In this document: positions 13,273 through 26,459 of the stretch, piece by piece
Position numbering within the stretch: position 1 is the first letter of the stretch
Layout: every line of letters starts with the position of its first letter
Assembly: GCF_963921235.1 (NCBI RefSeq)
Contig: NC_086097.1
Location: 237,958,001 to 238,022,000, forward strand
Length of the DNA: 64,000 bases
Origin: Mobula hypostoma
Taxonomy: Eukaryota
Direction of reading: 5' to 3'
Notes under the pieces: model-generated
The model's input: the letters and a program-made list of their open reading frames with translations, nothing else
Told to the model about the DNA's origin: nothing
The model's database searches: none
Translations under genes and position numbers: made by a program

Positions 13273-14100
13273 CTATCCCATCAACCTCTTCAGCGACCTT
13301 GAGGGATGTATGGTTTGAACCCCAAGGTTCCTCTGTTCATTCACACTCTTAATTAACCAACCATTAACCCTGTACTCAGCCTTCTGGTTTGTCCTTCCAA
13401 AATGCATCACCTCACATTTAACCGGATTGAATTCCATCTGCCACTTTTCTGCCCAACTCTGCATCCTGTCCATATCCTCTTGTAACCTTCGACAACCTAC
13501 AGCTCCATCCACAACTCCTCCAATCTTCGTGTCATCCACAAACTTACTCACCCATCCTTCTGCCTCTTCATCCAGGTCATTTATAAAAATCACAAAGGGC
13601 AGGGGTCCCAGGACAGATCCTTGCGGAACTCCACTAGTCACCGACCTCCAGGCAGAATACTTTCCTTCCACTACTACCCTCTGCATTCTTCCTTTAAGCC
13701 AATTTTTTATCCAAGCAGCCAAGGTTCCACTGCTCCCATGCCTCATGACTTTCTGGATGAGTCTCTTGTAGGGGATTTTGTCAAATGCCTTGCTAAAATC
13801 CATGTAGACCACACCTACCGCCCTACCTTCATCAATTTCTTTTGTTACCTCTTCAAAAAACTCAATTAGGCTCGTGAGGCATGACCTTCCCTTCACAAAG
13901 CCATGTTGACTATCCTTGAGTAGACTGTACTTCTCCAAGTGCTCATAGATCCTATTCTTAAGAATCCTTTCCAATAGTTTGCAGACCACTGACGTAAGAC
14001 TCACCGGTCTACAGTTCCCAGGTTTCTCCCTATTACCTTTTTTAAACAAGGGAACTACATTTGCCATTCTCCAATCCTCCGGCACCTCCCCTGCAGCCAA
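13273..14100 (-). pseudogene. CR1 reverse transcriptase domain (disrupted ORF2)
   Basis: WRMANVVPLFKKG, RPVSLTS, QHGFVKGRSCLT, YMDFSKAFD, GVPQGSVLGP, FVDD. Confidence 0.95.
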
Positions 14101-16107
14101 AGAGCATAGCTACTGCTCCAGTGATCTCTTCTCTCACTTCCCACAGCAACCTGGGGTGTATCACATCCAGCCCTGGGGACTTAACAATCTTGATGCTTTT
14201 AAGAAGATCCAACACTATTTCTTCCTTAATCTCCACATTATCCAGTACACAGGCATGTTCTATTTCGACCTCACCCTGATCAAGGTCCTTTTCACTTGTG
14301 AATACTCAAGCAAAGTATTCATTTAGGACCTCCCCAACCTCCTCCGCCTCCAGGCACATGTTGCCTTCTTTATCCTTTAGCGGCCCCACCTTCATTCTTG
14401 TCATCCTTCTGTTCTTCACATATACATAGAACGCCTTGGGGTTCTCCTTAATCCTACATGCCAAGGCCTTCTTATGCCCCCTTCGAGCTCTCCTAAGTCC
14501 TTTCTTAAGCTCCTTCCTGGCTACCCTACATTTCTCATGAGCCCCTCTTACTTCCTGCTTCTTATACCTAATATATGCTTTCTTCTCCCTCTTGCCGAGT
14601 TGCCTCACGTATTTCGTCAGCCAGGGTTCCCTTTTCCTACCATTTTTTCCTTGCCTCAGTGGGACAAACCTACCCTGAACCCAGCACAAGTGGTTCCTAA
14701 ACTTCCTCCACATTACTTCCGTGCTTTCACCCTGGAACATCTGTTTCCAATTTACTTTCGCTAGTTCCTGCCTCATCCTTTCATAGTTAGCCCTTCCTGA
14801 GTTAAGCACTTTCCCATTTTGTCTGTTTTTGTCCTTTTCCATAGCTATGCTGAAGCTAAGGGAGTTGTGGTCACTCTCACCAAAATGCTCCCCAACCAAG
14901 AGATCTGCCACCTGACCAGGTTCATTACCCAGAACTAGATCCAGTATGGCCTCTCCTCTCGTCGGCCGGTCCACATACTGTGTCAGGAATCCTTCTTGAA
15001 CACACCTGACAAATTCTGCCCCATCTATCCCCCTTGCAGTCAAGAGATGCCAGTCAATATGAGGGAAGTTGAAATCACCCATAACTACAACCCTGTATTT
15101 CCTGCACCATTCTAAAATCTACCTGCTTATCGCTCCTTGGTGTCCCAAGGGCTATTTGGAGACTACTCCCAGCACAGTGATTGATCCCTTCCTATTTCTG
15201 ACTTCCACCCACACCGACTCAGTGGTCATTCCCCCTGCAGTGTCATCCCTTTTTATAGCCATGATACTATCCCTGACCAGTAATGCTACCCACCCCCGCC
15301 TTTTCTACCTCCCATCCTAGTCCTTTTAAAACACCTAAACCCCAGTACCTCCATCAGCCAATCCTGCCCTTCCTTCAGCCAAATTTCAGTAACGGCCACA
15401 ACATTGTCGTTCCACGTACTGATCCATGCTCTAAGTTCATCCCCTTTATTCCTAATACTCCTAGTGTTGAAATAGACACATTTCAACCCCTCTAACTGGG
15501 TACATTTATGTTTTGCCCCCGGCCTGTCCTTCCTCACCAACTCAGAGCACACAGCATCATGCTCTTGTCCTTCTACCCTAAACTCTGCAATCACATTCTG
15601 ATTCCCACCCCCCTGCCAAACTAGTTTAAACCCTCCCCAACAGCTCAAGCAAACCTGCCCGCCAGGATATTGGTCCTTTTCCAGTTCAGGTGCAGCCCGT
15701 CCTTTTTGTACAGGTCAGACCTTCCCCAGAAGAGATCCCAATTATCCAGAAATCTGAACCCCTGTCCCCCTGCACCAACTCTTCAGCCATGCATTCATCT
15801 GCCATAACTTCCTGTTCCTACCCTCTCTGTCTCGTGGCACAGGCAGCAATCCTGAGATTACAACCCTTGAGGTTCTGCTTTTTAACTTCTTTCCTAACTC
15901 CCTATATTCCTTCTTCAGGACCTCATCCCTACTCCTATCTATGTCATTGGTCCCCATGTGGACCATGACATCTGGCTGCTCACCCTTTCTCCTGAGAATA
16001 CCGAGAACTCGATCTGAGATACCACTGACCCTGGCACCAGGGAGGCAACAGACCATCCGGGATTCTCCATGTCTTCCACAGAACCTCTTATCTGTCCCCC
16101 TGAACAC

Positions 16108-16575
16108 AGCCCAGCACCTAACACAAATCAATCTTCCATCCTTGGACTCACTTTACGTCGCATGCTGTCGGAGCAGTGCTGCCAGGATAATCAAGGACAC
16201 CACCCACCCAGCCAACACACTTTTTGTCCCTCTTCCCTCCGGGAGAAGGCTCAGGAGCTTGAAGACTCGTATGGCCAGATTTGGGAACAGCTTCTTTCCA
16301 ACTGTGATAAGACTGCTGAACGGATCCTGACCTGGATCTGGGCCGTACCCTCCAAATATCCAGACCTGCCTCTCGGTTTTTTTGCACTACTTTACTTTCC
16401 CTTTTCTATTTTCTACTTATGATTTATAATTTAAATTTTTAATATATTTACTATCAATTTGTACTCCAGGGAGCGCGAAGCACAGAATCAAATATCGCTG
16501 TGATGATTGTACGCTCTAGTATCAATTGTTTGGCGACAATAAAGTAAAGTACATAAAGTATATATAAAGTATATA
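16108..16575 (+). mobile_element. Rex1/Babar-type LINE 3' fragment nested in CR1 ORF1
   Basis: IIKDTTHPANTLFVPLPSGRRLRSLK...FGNSFFPTVIRLLN followed by (aaagt)n tail; splits the host VIGDSIV|RGTDKRF motif. Confidence 0.9.
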
Positions 16576-18199
16576 ACTATCGAATCCCCTATCACTACTG
16601 CTCTCCTCTTTTCCCCCCTTCCTTTCTGAGCTGAGGGTCTGGTCTCGGTGCCAGAGATGTGACCACTACAACTTGTTCCTGGTAGGTCGTCCCCACCAAC
16701 AGTATCCAAAACAGTATACCTATTGTTGATGGGAATGGCCACAGGTGTGCTCTGCTCTTTCTGTCTATTTCCCTTCCCTCTCCTGACAGTCACCCAGCTA
16801 CCTGTCTCCTGACTTTTAGGGGTGACTGTCTCCCTGAAACTCCAGTCTATTACTGCCTCTGCCTCTTGAATGATCGAAGTTTATCCAGCTCCAGTTCCCT
16901 AACTCGGTTTGATAGAGCACTTCTCTACTCCTTGTTCATCTCTCTTATCCTCCTTTAATGTAATTCCCTTTTGTGCATAGTCAGAGCAGAGATTTTGCAA
17001 TTGTTTTGAATTCTAAAATCCCCTCATTTCTTTTGGCAACTTACTAAGTATGTTTTCAACTCAACTAAAAACAGAACATGGAATCTCTCTTTGATTATCT
17101 CTAAATTCATTAAAAATGTAAGGGGATATTGTGTGTTCTTACATAATTAGGACAGACAACTACTGATAGTTATTCAGCATTTATACATCAAAACCAATGT
17201 CATATTTTTGCAGGTTGCACATGGAACATTGCAGTTCATTGCTATTTGTAATTGTAAAGAAGAGATTCACATGCAGTTTATTAATTATCAAACTGCACAT
17301 TTTGAAGAAGATGATAGGTCCTTTTTAAAATGCTTGCTTGTTTTCTTCAGCATTTAAGAGGTGATTTACTGCAGTTAATTAGTTTAGAAGTGCGAGGTAC
17401 AGAAATAGCTTTGCAAATGAAAATCAGTGCCACTCATTTTTAATTGCACAATAACCACATTAGCACATTGTCTATTGCAGTGGCTGGAAACGTCTGTTTG
17501 CAGAGTAATAAAAGCATAAAATCAGAACTTTTGAATATTGCATTATCCATTTTGAGGTGGGCGATTATTACAACATATATTCACACCCCATAAATTAGTA
17601 ACATCCATCGTTTGGATGTTACTATCTAGTCCGAAAAATTAATCATGCCACCACATAATTTTCCAGTTTTCCTATTTAATCATGAAAGCATTTTACACAT
17701 GTAATGTTTCATAGTGGACACACTTGATTTCCAATGGAAATTAAGCAAATGTCCCAAAAAGTTTTCACAGATACCACAGTACTGGCAAAGTCTCTGGGCA
17801 CCAGCTGTTCCCAATAAGTCTGAGTGCAAAACCAGTGATCCATTGCAAACATTTTGGCTCTTACCAATATCAGCATCACAGGGTGCAGCGTCAGCATCTG
17901 TGCTTCCATTTTATTCTGTAATATGTGATACTCTGTTTGCCTTCATGGCAATAAATCCCATGTTTGGGAGATAATTATCAACAATAGAAGAAAAGAGATA
18001 GAATTGCAGGCTTTCATTATCAGCCAATGTTACAACAAAAGCTAACATTTTTTTTGTCTGGCACAGTCTGTATCAAAAATGACAACAATTGCTACCCAAG
18101 ATAGGCTGGCATCATAAATGGAACATAGCAACTTGTTTTAGAGTAAAGCACTGTAACCAGTGCTTTGGACAAGGCTTAACATCACTGGAGATATCTCTT

Positions 18200-18370
18200 G
18201 ATCTCAGTGGTGCTGCAAATCATACAGTTGTCTCACTGCTCCAATGACCCAGGTTCGATTCCGATGGCTGGTGCAGCCGGTGTGCAGCATGCCCTTCCTC
18301 ACTGTGTTGTTCCCAGTCGCTGCCATATCCTCCCACATCCCTTTGAAATACTGGCTGTCAGATTGTTTGG
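18200..18370 (+). mobile_element. Degenerate HE1/V-type tRNA-derived SINE
   Basis: B-box ggttcgattcc and cctcccacatccc central motif shared with the other V-type copies. Confidence 0.55.
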
Positions 18371-18389
18371 TTTCTGCGGACTCCCCTTG

Positions 18390-18690
18390 CTCCAGCAAAT
18401 TTCGACAGATGTACCGCGGAGAGCATTCTGGCTGGCTGCATCACTGTCTGCTACGGATGCACCAGTGCACAGGATCGGAAAAAAAGTTGCAGAGGGTTGT
18501 AAACTCATCAGCCTTCCCACCACTCAGGGCATCTTCAACAGATAATGCCTCAAGAATTTGTCATCCACGATTTAGGATCATCACCAATGAGGACATTCTT
18601 ATTTCTACCATCAGGGATGTGGTATAGAAGCCCAAAGGCACACACTTAATATTGTATTAATACTTCTTCCCCTCTGCCATTAGATTTCGA
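18390..18690 (+). mobile_element. Rex1/Babar-type RT 3' fragment
   Basis: gagagcattctggctggctgcatcactgtctg (ESILAGCITV-like) and KKLQRVV. Confidence 0.7.
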
Positions 18691-18723
18691 AGTTCAATGT
18701 AAATTTTATTATTGAAGTACTTA

Positions 18724-19037
18724 GAAGGCATCCATTAGTCTTGCGAGACCATGGACCTGCGCCTGGAAAGTCTTCACTCTCCAGGGCGCAAGCCTGGGCA
18801 AGGTTGTATGGAAGACCAGCAGTTGCCCATGCTGCAAGTCTCCCCTCTCCACGACACCAATGTTGTCCAAAGGAAGGGCATTAGGACCCATACAGCTTGG
18901 CACCGGTGTCGTCGCAGAGCAATGTGTGATTAAGTGCCTTGCTCAAGGACACAACACCTTGCCTCGGCTGGGGCTCGAACTCACGACCTTCAGGTCGCTA
19001 GTCCAATGCCTTAACCACTTGTCCACGTGCCCACACA
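18724..19037 (-). mobile_element. tRNA-headed SINE with CORE-like domain; 10-bp TSD
   Basis: A-box-like tggacaagtgg, B-box gttcgagcc, gtgtccttgagcaaggcacttaa; TSD gaagtactta at 18714-18723 and 19038-19047. Confidence 0.92.
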
Positions 19038-19584
19038 GAAGTACTTATATGTCACCATATACATCCCTGAGATTCATTTTCCTGTGGGCATACTCAGCAA
19101 ATCTATAGAATAGTAGCTATAACAGAATAGCAAGCTCAACCAGAGTTCAGAATAACTGTGCAAATGCAAATATAAATAAAAAGCAATAAATAATGAGAAC
19201 ATTTGATAATGAGATAAAGAAGTCCTTGAAAGTGAGATCATTGGATGTGGGAACATTTCAATGAAAGGACAAATGAAGTTGAATGAAGTTATCCCCTTTC
19301 TTTCAAGAGCCTGATGGTTGAGGGGTAATAACTGTTCTTGAGCAGATTTCTCAAAGGTCCATGGTACCTCAATATTTAGCTTGCTTTTTGCACGAGTTAT
19401 TTATTGCACTAGTTTTTTCATTTTGTAACACCCCACTATGCTTCTGCTGCAAAACAACAAATTTCACAACATGTGTCTGTGATAATAAACCTGATTCTGA
19501 TTCAGATACCTTAGTTGGGCAGGAGGAAAATCAGAAGGCAGGAGAGGAAGAATGAGTGCAATGAAAGTGGATGCTCAGATAGGG

Positions 19585-20420
19585 TTGAATCAGAGTCATA
19601 TTCAGGTTTAATATCATTACCATATGTCGTGAAATTTGTTAACTTTGCGGCAGCAGTACAATGCAATGCATAATAATAGAGAAAAACCGAATTACAATAA
19701 ATATATACATATAAAATAGTAAAAATTAACAATTAAACAAGTAGTGAGATAGTGTTCATGGGTTCAATGTCCATTTAGAAATCGGATGGCAGAGCTGTTC
19801 CTGAATTGTTGAGTGTGTGCCTTTAGGCTTCTATACCTCCATGTCCTGGGTGACGGCAGACCTTAATGATGAACTCTGCCTTTTTGAGGCATCACTCCTT
19901 GAAGATGCCTTGGATACTATGGAGACTAGTCCCCTTGATGGAGCTGACTAATTTTATAACTCTCTGCCCCAACTTGTACTCGTTGGAATTTAGAAGATTG
20001 AGGGGGGATCTGATCGAAACGTATAAAATCCTAAAGGGATTGGACAGGCTAGATGCAGGAAGATTGTTCCCGATGTTGGGGAAGTCCAGAACGAGGGGCC
20101 ACAGTTTGAGGATAGAGGGGAAGCCTTTTAGGACCGAGATTAGGAAAAACTTCTTCACACAGAGAGTGGTGAATCTGTGGAATTCTCTGCCACAGGAAAC
20201 AGTTGAGGCCGGTTCATTGGCTATATTTAAGAGGGAGTTAGATATGGCCCTTGTGGCTACGGGGATCAGGGGGTATGGAGGGAAGGCTGGGGTGGGGTTC
20301 TGAGTTGGATGATCAGCCGTGATCATAATAAATGGCGGTGCAGGCTCGAAGGGCCGAATGGCCTCCTCCTGCACCTATTTTCTATGTTTCTATGTTTCTA
20401 TACCAGACAGTGATGCAACC
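19585..20420 (-). mobile_element. Rex1/Babar-type 3' fragment hosting a CR1 insertion
   Basis: Rex-type tail and body at 19585-19970, resuming at taccagacagtgatgcaacc (20401). Confidence 0.7.
19970..20400 (+). mobile_element. Young CR1 3' fragment
   Basis: Open frame LYSLEFRRLRGDLIETYKIL...SRTRGHSL...VVNLWNSLP; (ctatgttt)n tail; near-identical to 36687-37030 and 62225-62470. Confidence 0.95.
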
Positions 20421-21269
20421 AGTTAGAACGCTCTCCACAGGGTGATCTTGAAGCTGAAATATGAATGTTGATTTATATGAGATATGAAAATGCAAATATG
20501 AAATATAAAAAAAGGTACAATAAATCAACCGAGAAAGCTGTGGGTTAATTGTGACAGAGAGCTACCAGGCTGATTGTAACATAGGGCTAGGGGCCATTAA
20601 GGGGCCATTAACTGAAAAGTACAAAAAAATGACAGAAAAGAAAATGGACAAGAAAATTAACTTAAAACTAAAGACAAATATTAAGATTGATAGCCAAATG
20701 AAGAGTAAAAGAAACAAAGGAGGTAGTAGGTGACTGATGGTCTGATCGGCCATGATCTTATTGAATGGCGGAGCAGGCTCGACAGGCCGGATGGCCAACT
20801 TCTGCCCTTATTTCTTATGTTCTTAAGCTGAGATACTTCCCAGGATGTGCTGGGATACATAATCAGTGATGTAAAAGAACGGCAGGAATAAAGTTGGTAA
20901 TTCTTCATGATATCATCTTCAAATCAGTTCGGTGTCACAGGAAAGGCAATAAGACCTAGGTTTTTGATGAACTACATAGGTGACCAATGGGGTAACAAAT
21001 AATCCGCTATTCAACAGCTTACTTAATTTTGGACCTGACCTTTTTTTGATGGTCCCTTGCTGGGACTAATCAGCAGTGAATATTGAGCCTATTTTGTTGT
21101 GCTGTAGGTAAATTCAGGATTTTTTTTGTTGAAAACTCTTTCCTCAGGTGCTAAGAAAAGCATAAAATGTCCTTCAAATGTCTCCATCTTACCACAAGCA
21201 AGCCCAGTTTGTATGGATTTATATGCTGACCGTGGCTGGACATGCAGGCAAATCAGGAATGATGTTCAA

Positions 21270-22060
21270 TCTATACAGAAGGAGGTCTTCCTGTTAGGGA
21301 GTCAAGGGTCCAGTTGCAGAGGGAAGTACAAAAGCCCAGGTTTTGGAGCTTTTTGATCTGAACTGTAGGAATGATTGTGTTAACTGCTAAGTTGTAGTCA
21401 ATAAACAGCATCCTGACATAAGTATTTGTATCGTTCAACTGATCCAAGGCAGCAAGAAGAGCCAATGAAATCACATCCGCTGTAGACCTATTATGGTGAT
21501 AGGGAAATTACAGTGGGTCCAGGACCTTGCTTAGGCAGGAGTTATCCTGGCCATGACCAATCTCTCAAAGCACTTCATCACCACAGATGTAAGTGCTACT
21601 GGCCAATAGTCATTAAGCAGCTCATCCTGCTCTTCTTGGGCATTGGTACAGTTGTTGCCCTTTTGGAGCAGGTGGGAACATCCAACTGCAGCAATGAGAG
21701 ATTGAAAATGACTTTTAACACACTCGCCTGTTGGTTGGCACATGTTTTCAGAGTCCTCCTAGGTACACCATCGGGACCTGTCACATTGCGAGGGTTTGTT
21801 GGTGTCTGAGACATAGATCCTCAGGTCACCGGATGCTGCAGGTATCCTCACAGCTGTAGTTTTGTTATCCCTTTAAAAGCATGCATAAAAGATGTTGAGC
21901 TAACCTGGGAGTGAAATGTGATTGCCTTTCATGATGTTAGGTTTTGCTTTGTAGGAAGCAATGGCCTGCAAACTGTGCCAGAGTCGACATGCATCTGATT
22001 CCACCTCTAACCTCAATCAGAATCTTTCTTTTGCTCTTGAGATAGGCCTCCACAAGTCAT
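21270..22060 (-). mobile_element. Rex1/Babar-type RT fragment
   Basis: [53 protein letters not shown]. Confidence 0.9.
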
Positions 22061-22074
22061 ACCTTTAGGTTGTT

Positions 22075-22590
22075 ATAGCCGGGAGTAGTAGTGGGGATAA
22101 GCTCCCACTACCTATTAAATACTCCCAAAGTCTCAATTAGCCTCTGACAACCAAGTCCATCTCCTGACCTTCACGTGTGGCTTAGCTACTAAGCCCGGCA
22201 GAACTGTTTTACTGACAGGAAAAGGGGCAAAACTGGGTTACTGGTGCCTTAAAACCAGTTGCTTTGGGCAGTTGGGTCTCGTCACCCATGGCTGACAGCT
22301 CTTCGAGAAGAAGGAAAGCTCTGATCTATACCACTTATGGGGAAGACTGTGGGAGTAAAGCTGAGGAAAAATTCCAGAGCTGGAGTCCCTAAGTCAATAC
22401 TACATTGAGTTCAACACAGACCGGCAACTCCTGCAACAATGCTGGTGCCGAACTGTATCGGTCTCCATCGTTTCTTTGGGTTCATCAGATGCGTGGAGGG
22501 CAGAGCTTGCTACAGGGGCAACAGCTTCTTCTCCATATTGTACTTCCCTGGCTCGTGTATCTAGACATCCCAGCAGACAGAGGCCTCAAG
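22075..22590 (+). mobile_element. Non-coding element related to 10434-10750 and the SINE body (probably RTE-derived)
   Basis: gctggtgccgaactgtatcggtc and gcgtggagggcagagcttgctacaggggcaacagc align with SINE ctggtgccaagctgtatgggtc and gtcgtggagaggggagacttgcagcatgggcaactgc. Confidence 0.55.
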
Positions 22591-23460
22591 CTCCACTATA
22601 TTTTAATTGTAAACGTAAGAACACCTTAGAATTTGTTTGCAGACACGTGCAAACTGATAGTAAAATTATATTGGACACTTAAATAAGAAGTTCAGTATTT
22701 TAAGAACGATTTGAAGTATGAGTGATATTCTAAAAGAAATTAACTCCACTTACTCATTATTGGATGAGATTTATTTTTCTATCATAATAAACTAAATGAG
22801 AATTTTATATGGTTCAGAAATGCGAACTGAACTACAGATGGTGCAGTGAATTTATTAGTTTCACATAAATGGGTTTTATTACAAATTAATAATGCATATT
22901 AGTAGTCTATTATTTAACAGCTTCACTTGTATGCACAGAGTCACAAAGGTAGACGGCTGATTATCATGAGTCTGGTTTATTTGGCAGGACTGCTGTTGTT
23001 TATTTTCATGAAGTTTGTGAGTTCAAGACAATCTCCAACATATATCCAGACTAAAGCTGTGGAACAGTACAAAACGTCAATGATACTGCGCTTCTCACAA
23101 TTTCAAATGCGCCAAAAGAATACAAAATCCAATGATATAATTCAAGACAAAAGCTCTTCATCATTTCTGCTTTACTGAACGTCGAATATGGATTAATTGG
23201 CCATTCATCTCCTGTGAAGACTTAATGCCGTAGCAGCCAATTAGATTTGGTGATTGGTTCTGTCGAGATCAAGGCATTTTTGGACATGTTAAATAATTGT
23301 TGTATTGCCGAAAATCAGAATCAGGTTTAATATCAATTACATTTGTTGCCTTTGTGGCAGCACCACGGTGCAATACATAATAATGATGAAAATGGGAATT
23401 ACAGTAAATATGTATATAGGTATATATAAAATAGTTAAATTAAGCAAGTAGTGCAAAAAT

Positions 23461-23765
23461 GTGCAAGTGGTTAAGGCATTGGACTAGTGACCTGAAGGTC
23501 TTGAGTTCGAGCCCCAGCCGAGGAAAGGTGTTGTGTCCTTGAGCAAGGCACTTAATCACATATTGCTGTGCGATCGACACTGGTGCCAAGCTGTATGGGT
23601 CCTAACGCCCTTCCCTTGGTCAACATTGGTGTCGTGGAGAGGGGAGACTTGCAGCATGGGCAACTGCTGGTCTTCCATACAACATTGCCCAGGCCTGCGC
23701 CCTGGAGAGTGAAGACTTTCCAGGCACAGATCCATGGTCTCACAAGACTAACGGATGTTTTTACT
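23461..23765 (+). mobile_element. tRNA/CORE-like SINE, slightly 5'-truncated; 12-bp TSD
   Basis: Same family as 18724-19037; TSD tagtgcaaaaat at 23449-23460 and 23766-23777. Confidence 0.92.
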
Positions 23766-23814
23766 TAGTGCAAAAATAAAAATAAAAAAGTGGTGAGGTA
23801 GTGCTGATGGGTTC

Positions 23815-24660
23815 AACGTGGCACTTGTTCATTTGCGAGGATAAGAGTGCTACACCTGCCCCTACACCTCCTCCTTCTCTCCCATTCAGGGCCCCAAGCA
23901 GTCCTTCCAGGTGAGGTGACACTTTACCCGCGAGTCTGTTGGGGTCATCTACTGTAACTGGTGCTCCTGGTGCACCTCCTGCATATTGGTGAGACCCAGC
24001 ATAGATTGGGAGACCAGTTTGCTGAGCACCTATGCTCACTCTGCCAAAAAGAGCAGGATTTCCTAGTATCCACCCATTTCAATTCTACTTTCCATTCCCA
24101 TTTTGACATGTCAGTCCATGGCTTCCTCTACTGCAACGATGAGGCCATACTCAGGTTGAAGGAGCAACACCTTATATTCTGTCTGGGTAGCCTCCAAACT
24201 GATGGCATGAATATCGATTTCTCAAACTTCCGGTAGTTGTCCCCGCCAGCTTTCCTTCACCAATCCCCATTCCTGTTTCCCTCTTTTACCTTATCTCCTT
24301 ACTCATCACCTCCCTCTGATGCTCTTCCTCCTTCCCTTTCTTTCATGGTCTTATGGTCTTTTATTCTATCTGCGCAGATACCCTCCTCCTGCAGCCCTTT
24401 ATCACTTTCATCAATCAACTTCCCAGTTCTTTACTTCATCTGCTCCCCCTTTCCCGGTTTCACATACCACCTTGTACTTCTCCCTTCCCTTACCTCATTA
24501 CTCTGACTTCTCGTCTTTCTTTTCAGTCCTGATGAAGGGTCTCAGCCCAAAACATTGACTGTTTACTTTATTCCATGGATGCTGCCCGGCCTGCCAAGTT
24601 CCTCCAGCATTTTGTGTGTGTTGCTTTGGATTTCCAGCATCTGCAGCTTTTCTTTTTGTT
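23815..24660 (+). mobile_element. Penelope-like element 3' end: GIY-YIG endonuclease remnant plus terminal repeat with hammerhead motif
   Basis: HIGETQHRLGDQFAEHL...VSTHFN...RLKEQHLIFCLGSLQTDGMNIDF (23961-24236), preceded by CYTCPY and FTRESVGVIYC-like segments; followed by a pyrimidine-rich UTR and the motif at 24524-24561. Confidence 0.9.
24524..24561 (+). ncRNA. Minimal type I hammerhead ribozyme motif (CpG-decayed, likely inactive copy)
   Basis: CAGTC CTGATGA AGGG-TCTCAG-CCC AAAAC ATT GACTG: stem I CAGTC/GACTG, CUGANGA core, stem II GGG/CCC; GAAA mutated to AAAA. Confidence 0.7.
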
Positions 24661-24749
24661 TACTCTCCTGACATTTGCCTGATGCCCACAATATCCATTC
24701 CAGGACACACAAATTCAACCAATGAAGGTCAATTACATTTAATTTTTTG

Positions 24750-25010
24750 AAATTTTATTGAGATACAGTGTGGAATTGGCCCTTCGAACCACGCCACCCA
24801 GTAATCCCCCAATTTAACCCGAGCCTACACACAGGACAATTTACAATGACCAATTAACCTGCAAACTGGTGTGTCTTTGAATTGTGGGAGGAAACCAGAG
24901 CACCTGGAGGAAACCCACGTGGTCACGGGGCGAATGGACAAATCCCGTACAGGCAGTGGCGGGAATTGAACCTGTGAAGCGTTGTGCCTACCACGACTCC
25001 ACCGTGCCAC
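24750..25010 (-). mobile_element. HE1/V-type SINE
   Basis: Minus strand: ggttcaattccc B-box, gggtttcctccaggtgctctggtttcctcccaca, A-rich tail. Confidence 0.8.
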
Positions 25011-25231
25011 CCATACTCTAAGTCTCGGTTCCACATTCGGAGGCCAGCAATGTGACCTCGGTGGTTGGTGTCGGACCACCAGAGAGTGGATACGGCCCCT
25101 CCCACCCCGGACCTCGGATCAGTGAGTTGTCCTGAGGGGCTCAGGAGTGGATATAGGAGTTGAGTTGTCAACCATCGGACTTGGCATCGGGTAGCACCAT
25201 CTAGGGAAGGTTGTCATCAGCAGTTTGTGAT

Positions 25232-25495
25232 TTTTATTTTATTTTATTTAGAGATGCAGCATGGTAAAAGGCCCTACCAGCCCAATGACCCCACACCATC
25301 CAATTAAACCCATGTGAGCAATTAACTTGCTAACCCCGTACACCTTTGGACTGTGGGGGGAAACAGGAGCACCCGGAGGAAACCCACACAGTCAGGGGAA
25401 GAACGTACAAACTCCTGACAGATGGCGGCGGAATTAAACACGGGTTGCTGGCACAGTAAAAGCAATATGCTTACTGCTACGATAACATTCTGCCC
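25232..25495 (-). mobile_element. HE1/V-type SINE
   Basis: Same central domain (gggtttcctccgggtgctcc on the minus strand) and A-rich tail. Confidence 0.8.
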
Positions 25496-26459
25496 CTTTG
25501 TAGAGAGGCTGAGTTGAGGGAAGGGATGGGAGATCGGTAGGAGTGTCAGAGTTGAGGGTCAGCCTGTTGAGGATCCTTAAGGAGGGGAACAAGAGGTCAT
25601 GGTTGCAGTGGACAATCAGTTGGTGTTTATGGTGGAAGGGGACTAGACTGACAGACCTGCAGTAGAGAGAGGAAAATGGAGTGGAAAAGGTTCACTACCA
25701 TGAATAAGGAGGATGTGCGAAACATAGTGTGCTGTCATTGTAACTAAATATTATACAGGACCAAACTGCAGTGTGTTTCTAGCATTCACAGTAGCTTAAA
25801 TCTTGCTCACGTTCGGAGTCAGAATCACTCACTGACATAATTTTGAAGCAGTTTAAAAGCTATTCTGAAAGCCTGTACAACATTGGACAAAGAAACACAA
25901 CTTAGACATTGTTCGGTCCAAACTCATCAAATATGCAAAAAATTCAAAAGGGAAGCCTCATTCTTGAAGGAACACCCTCTCTCCCAAAGTATATGGAGGA
26001 ATCTAAGGTGGGGCTTATATGGGAGGCAGGGTTTGAGGGTCGGCACGACATTGTGGGCCAAAGGGCCTGTACTGTGCTGTACTATTCTATGTTCTATGTT
26101 CTATATCCTTGAATTTTCATAGTATAAAAACACAGAAATGCATGATTCATTTTCTGTGTGTCGGTATTCTTGTTGTTATTACTGGATAACAACAGTCTGT
26201 CCCAGTAATGATTAACACTCCACTGCAAAATAATCTATAGTACATAAAATATATTGAAGTATTTATAAGCACTGTGCAAATACAAACTTTTTCTATTCAG
26301 GAGATGTAATAATTCTTCACAAATAAATTATTTATTCATATTGTTACATTACTGAATAACAAAATGAGATTAAAAATATATTTCAACTCCCTTATTTTAA
26401 ATTATATTAATTACTTATTTATAGTGGATGTAAGTGCCATCACAACCAAGGCATGATAG

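Larger units (their letters stand above)
12620..16910 (-). mobile_element. Near full-length, frameshifted CR1 LINE (ORF1 SGNH esterase; ORF2 APE-RT)
   Basis: ORF1 pieces 16488-16793 and 15742-16131 (VVIGDSIV, VHMGTNDI); APE 15286-15648 and 14306-15082 (YFNTRSIRNK, MGDFNFPHIDW); RT 13273-14100 (GVPQGSVLGP, KFVDDTK); C-terminus 12924-13255; (TCTAGTG)n tail ~12620. Confidence 0.97.

Noticed and set aside
17709..17974. Short ORFs and a GTAAGA donor as a host exon
   Set aside because: No polypyrimidine tract at the candidate acceptor and no recognisable peptide.
18960..19035. tRNA gene
   Set aside because: The tRNA-like head continues into a SINE body with a TSD; same at 23461 and 32236.
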